From positions 13,950,001 to 14,014,000 of the forward strand of contig CATNEN010000001.1 in NCBI GenBank assembly GCA_950097015.1: a stretch of 64,000 bases of DNA. Direction: 5' to 3'. Made by a program: the position numbers and the translations under genes. This stretch comes from Macrostomum hystrix. Taxonomy: Eukaryota; Animalia; Platyhelminthes. This document shows positions 60,516 to 64,000 of this stretch, one piece after another. Below the pieces are notes generated by a model that saw nothing but the letters and a program-made list of their open reading frames with translations, had not been told where the DNA came from and searched no databases. Each line of letters starts with the position of its first letter. The stretch's first letter is position 1.

Positions 60516-61164
60516 AGGAAACTTGGATTCCTGAAATTATATTATTAGAAACCCGGGTTCCGAGAAATAAGATTTTAAGAAAATAATATTCATAGAAATT
60601 GCTGATTCGGATTCTATGCGACTGACCAAGAGAAATAATTTTTTTGACCTTCACGGAACGCAATGGTTAAAAAAATCTAGGGAAGGCATAAGAAACCTAC
60701 TAAAAGCTGTCCCTAATCTCACTTTTTTTATTTACTCTTGGCTCTTTTCAGTGTTCTCGGCTTACAAAATGGTAATTTGAAACCATTCTTTTTTCTAGCT
60801 TTTTAATTTTCTTCAGTTCCCGGGGCTGTTATTTTTGGCAATGTTCATGCAACATTGAATGAGAAGATCTAGCTTTATCACGACATGAATGCTATAACTA
60901 CTACTGCTGCAACTCTACTGCAAGTAGGTTAGATGGAATACTACTGATCAAATAATTATCTTGGCACTCGACAAATTCGGAATTTTGACAAAGCCGTCAG
61001 CAGTTAGAAAGAAACTCAGTTACACCAGTTGTACAGAAACTGGCAGACAGAAAAAAGGTGGACATCAAATCTATCTGTTAAACATAAAATCTACCTGCTA
61101 GACGTGAAAGATATAGAAAGCAAGATAATAGATGCAGAGAGAAAGATAAGAGAGGGCTGAGAGT

Positions 61165-62915
61165 GAGGTAGAGAGGGAGATAAGAGTGGTAGAAAGGGAG
61201 ATTAGAGAGGTAAGATGGAGATAAGAGAGCTAGAGAGGGAGATAAGAGATATAGAGAGGGAGATAAGAGAGGTAAGAGGGAGATAAGAGAGGTAAGAGGG
61301 AGATAAGAGATATAGAGAGGGAGATAAGAGATATAGAGAGGGAGATAAGAGAGGTAAGAGGGAGATAAGAGATCTAGAGAGGGAGATAAGAGATCTAGAG
61401 AGGGAGATAAGAGAGCTAGAGAGGGAGATAAGAGATATAGAGAGGGAGATAAGAGATATAGAGAGGGAGATAAGAGAGGTAAGAGGGAGATAAGAGATAT
61501 AGAGAGGGAGATAAGAGAGGTAAGAGGGAGATAAGAGATATAGAGAGGGAGATAAGAGAGGTAAGAGGGAGATAAGAGATATAGAGAGGGAGATAAGAGA
61601 TATAGAGAGGGAGATAAGAGAGGTAAGAGGGAGATAAGAGATATAGAGAGGGAGATAAGAGAGGTAAGAGGGAGATAAGAGATATAGAGAGGGAGATAAG
61701 AGATATAGAGAGGGAGATAAGAGAGGTAAGAGGGAGATAAGAGAGCTAGAGAGGGAGATAAGAGATATAGAGAGGGAGATAAGAGAGGTAAGAGGGAGAT
61801 AAGAGAGCTAGAGAGGGAGATAAGAGAGGTAGAGAGGGAGATAAGAGATATAGAGAGGGAGATAAGAGATATAGAGAGGGAGATAAGAGATATAGAGAGG
61901 GAGATAAGAGAGCTAGAGAGGGAGATAAGAGATATAGAGAGGGAGATAAGAGAGGTAAGAGGGAGATAAGAGATCTAGAGAGGGAGATAAGAGATCTAGA
62001 GAGGGAGATAAGAGAGCTAGAGAGGGAGATAAGAGATATAGAGAGGGAGATAAGAGATATAGAGAGGGAGATAAGAGAGGTAAGAGGGAGATAAGAGATA
62101 TAGAGAGGGAGATAAGAGAGGTAAGAGGGAGATAAGAGATATAGAGAGGGAGATAAGAGAGGTAAGAGGGAGATAAGAGATATAGAGAGGGAGATAAGAG
62201 ATATAGAGAGGGAGATAAGAGAGGTAAGAGGGAGATAAGAGAGCTAGAGAGGGAGATAAGAGAGGTAGAGAGGGAGATAAGAGATATAGAGAGGGAGATA
62301 AGAGATATAGAGAGGGAGATAAGAGATATAGAGAGGGAGATAAGAGAGCTAGAGAGGGAGATAAGAGATATAGAGAGGGAGATAAGAGAGGTAAGAGGGA
62401 GATAAGAGATCTAGAGAGGGAGATAAGAGATCTAGAGAGGGAGATAAGAGAGCTAGAGAGGGAGATAAGAGATATAGAGAGGGAGATAAGAGATATAGAG
62501 AGGGAGATAAGAGAGGTAAGAGGGAGATAAGAGATATAGAGAGGGAGATAAGAGAGGTAAGAGGGAGATAAGAGATATAGAGAGGGAGATAAGAGAGGTA
62601 AGAGGGAGATAAGAGATATAGAGAGGGAGATAAGAGATATAGAGAGGGAGATAAGAGAGGTAAGAGGGAGATAAGAGAGCTAGAGAGGGAGATAAGAGAG
62701 GTAGAGAGGGAGATAAGAGATATAGAGAGGGAGATAAGAGAGGTAAGAGGGAGATAAGAGATCTAGAGAGGGAGATAAGAGAGGTAAGAGGGAGATAAGA
62801 GAGCTAGAGAGGGAGATAAGAGAGGTAAGAGGGAGATAAGAGAGGTAAGAGGGAGATAAGAGATCTAGAGAGGGAGATAAGAGAGGTAAGAGGGAGATAA
62901 GAGAGTTAGAGAGGG
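61165..62915. repeat. 19/21-bp purine-rich minisatellite (GAGGGAGATAAGAGATATAGA)n
   Basis: Tandem units with GGTAA/GCTA/TCTA variants. Confidence 0.97.
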
Positions 62916-63442
62916 TGGTAGTTAGGTGGATAGCTTAAGTGCATTACAAAATTATTTCTGGATTTAGACATCAGCAGGCAGTAAAAAGTTGTATTTATTA
63001 GGAAATTATTTTACTTCTTATCTCGTCGCTTTTTAAATACTTTTTTGCCTCTCTTCTCGTCGTATTCATGGGCGCGGTCGCTACGAATGTCATGCATCGC
63101 CTGTATTTCATGATCATAAATGTGACATTAATCCTATCCATGGTTGACTAGTTGTGAGCAGGTTGTGTTTCAGGACAAGCCGATTCCAATTTAAAGGTTG
63201 CCTCCTAAGATGGAAGCCAGGCTGTTTAAGGTAGACAAACGCAATTTAGCCTAATCTTTTCTAGTGAATTGATTTTAGCCTTCCTGTGATCGCCAATGCC
63301 TGCCGTGGTCCATTGTTGAGGGGAAATCTTAGTCTGTAGGATTAAATGAAACCTGTTTGACTCAATGCCTAAGACTTCACCTTTATTGGTGCAGTAAATT
63401 GTACTTTCAGTTGTCTCTGGTCAAATTAGGAGTGTAGTTGGG

Positions 63443-64000
63443 GGATTTACTGTCTAACAGGTAGATTTACTGTCTAACAGGTAGATTTTATGTCTAACAG
63501 GTAGATTTACTGTCTAACAGGTAGATTTCCTTTCTAACAGGTAGATTTTATGTCTAACAGGTAGATTTGCTGTCTAACAGGTAGGTTTACTGTCTAACAG
63601 GTAGATTTACTGTCTAACAGGTAGATTTTATGTCTAACAGGTAGGTTTACTGTCTAACAGGTAGATTTTATGTCTAACAGGTAGGTTTACTGTCTAACAG
63701 GTAGATTTTATGTCTAACAGGTAGATTTTATGTCTAACAGGTAGATTTTATGTCTAACAGGTAGGTTTACTGTCTAACAGGTAGATTTACTGTCTAACAG
63801 GTAGATTTACTGTCTAACAGGTAGATTTACTGTCTAACAGGTAGATTTCCTTTCTAACAGGTAGATTTGCTGTCTAACAGGTAGATTTTATGTCTAACAG
63901 GTAGATTTACTGTCTAACAGGTAGATTTACTTTCTAACACGTGGATTTCCTGTCTAGCATGTAGATTTTTGTCGAACGGGTAGACTTCCTGTCTAACCCC
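63443..64000. repeat. 20-bp minisatellite (GTAGATTTACTGTCTAACAG)n
   Basis: About 27 units, degenerating at the window end. Confidence 0.96.

Overview
Eukaryotic (animal) genomic DNA, not prokaryotic: it has GT-AG spliced genes, SINEs/LINE/LTR and DNA-transposon relics, and a very high load of minisatellites. The organisation resembles the flatworm Macrostomum (inference only). Genes reconstructed by splice-phase tracing: a two-exon polyQ/coiled-coil gene (+), an unknown protein with a C-terminal OCRE domain (-), ANKRD40 (-), a TRIM-NHL RING ligase (+), a small protein with a CG-1/CAMTA-like DNA-binding domain (-), NOC3L (+) followed closely by a C11orf98 homolog (+; candidate trans-spliced operon), an intact DEG/ENaC channel (-) head-to-head with an intron-lacking pseudogenised paralog (+), and a single-exon LRR transmembrane receptor (+). 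Mobile DNA includes a decayed Ty3/gypsy integrase, a P-like TIR element with a nested Tc1/IS630-like derivative, two tiny perfect hairpins with 7-8 bp target duplications (probable P-element excision footprints), a Mutator-like MITE, a TA-flanked MITE, a 5'-truncated LINE and two tRNA-derived SINE families. Most introns and intergenic spacers carry a private minisatellite. The last ~14 kb is essentially satellite DNA. Most long ORFs in the supplied track are repeat artefacts.
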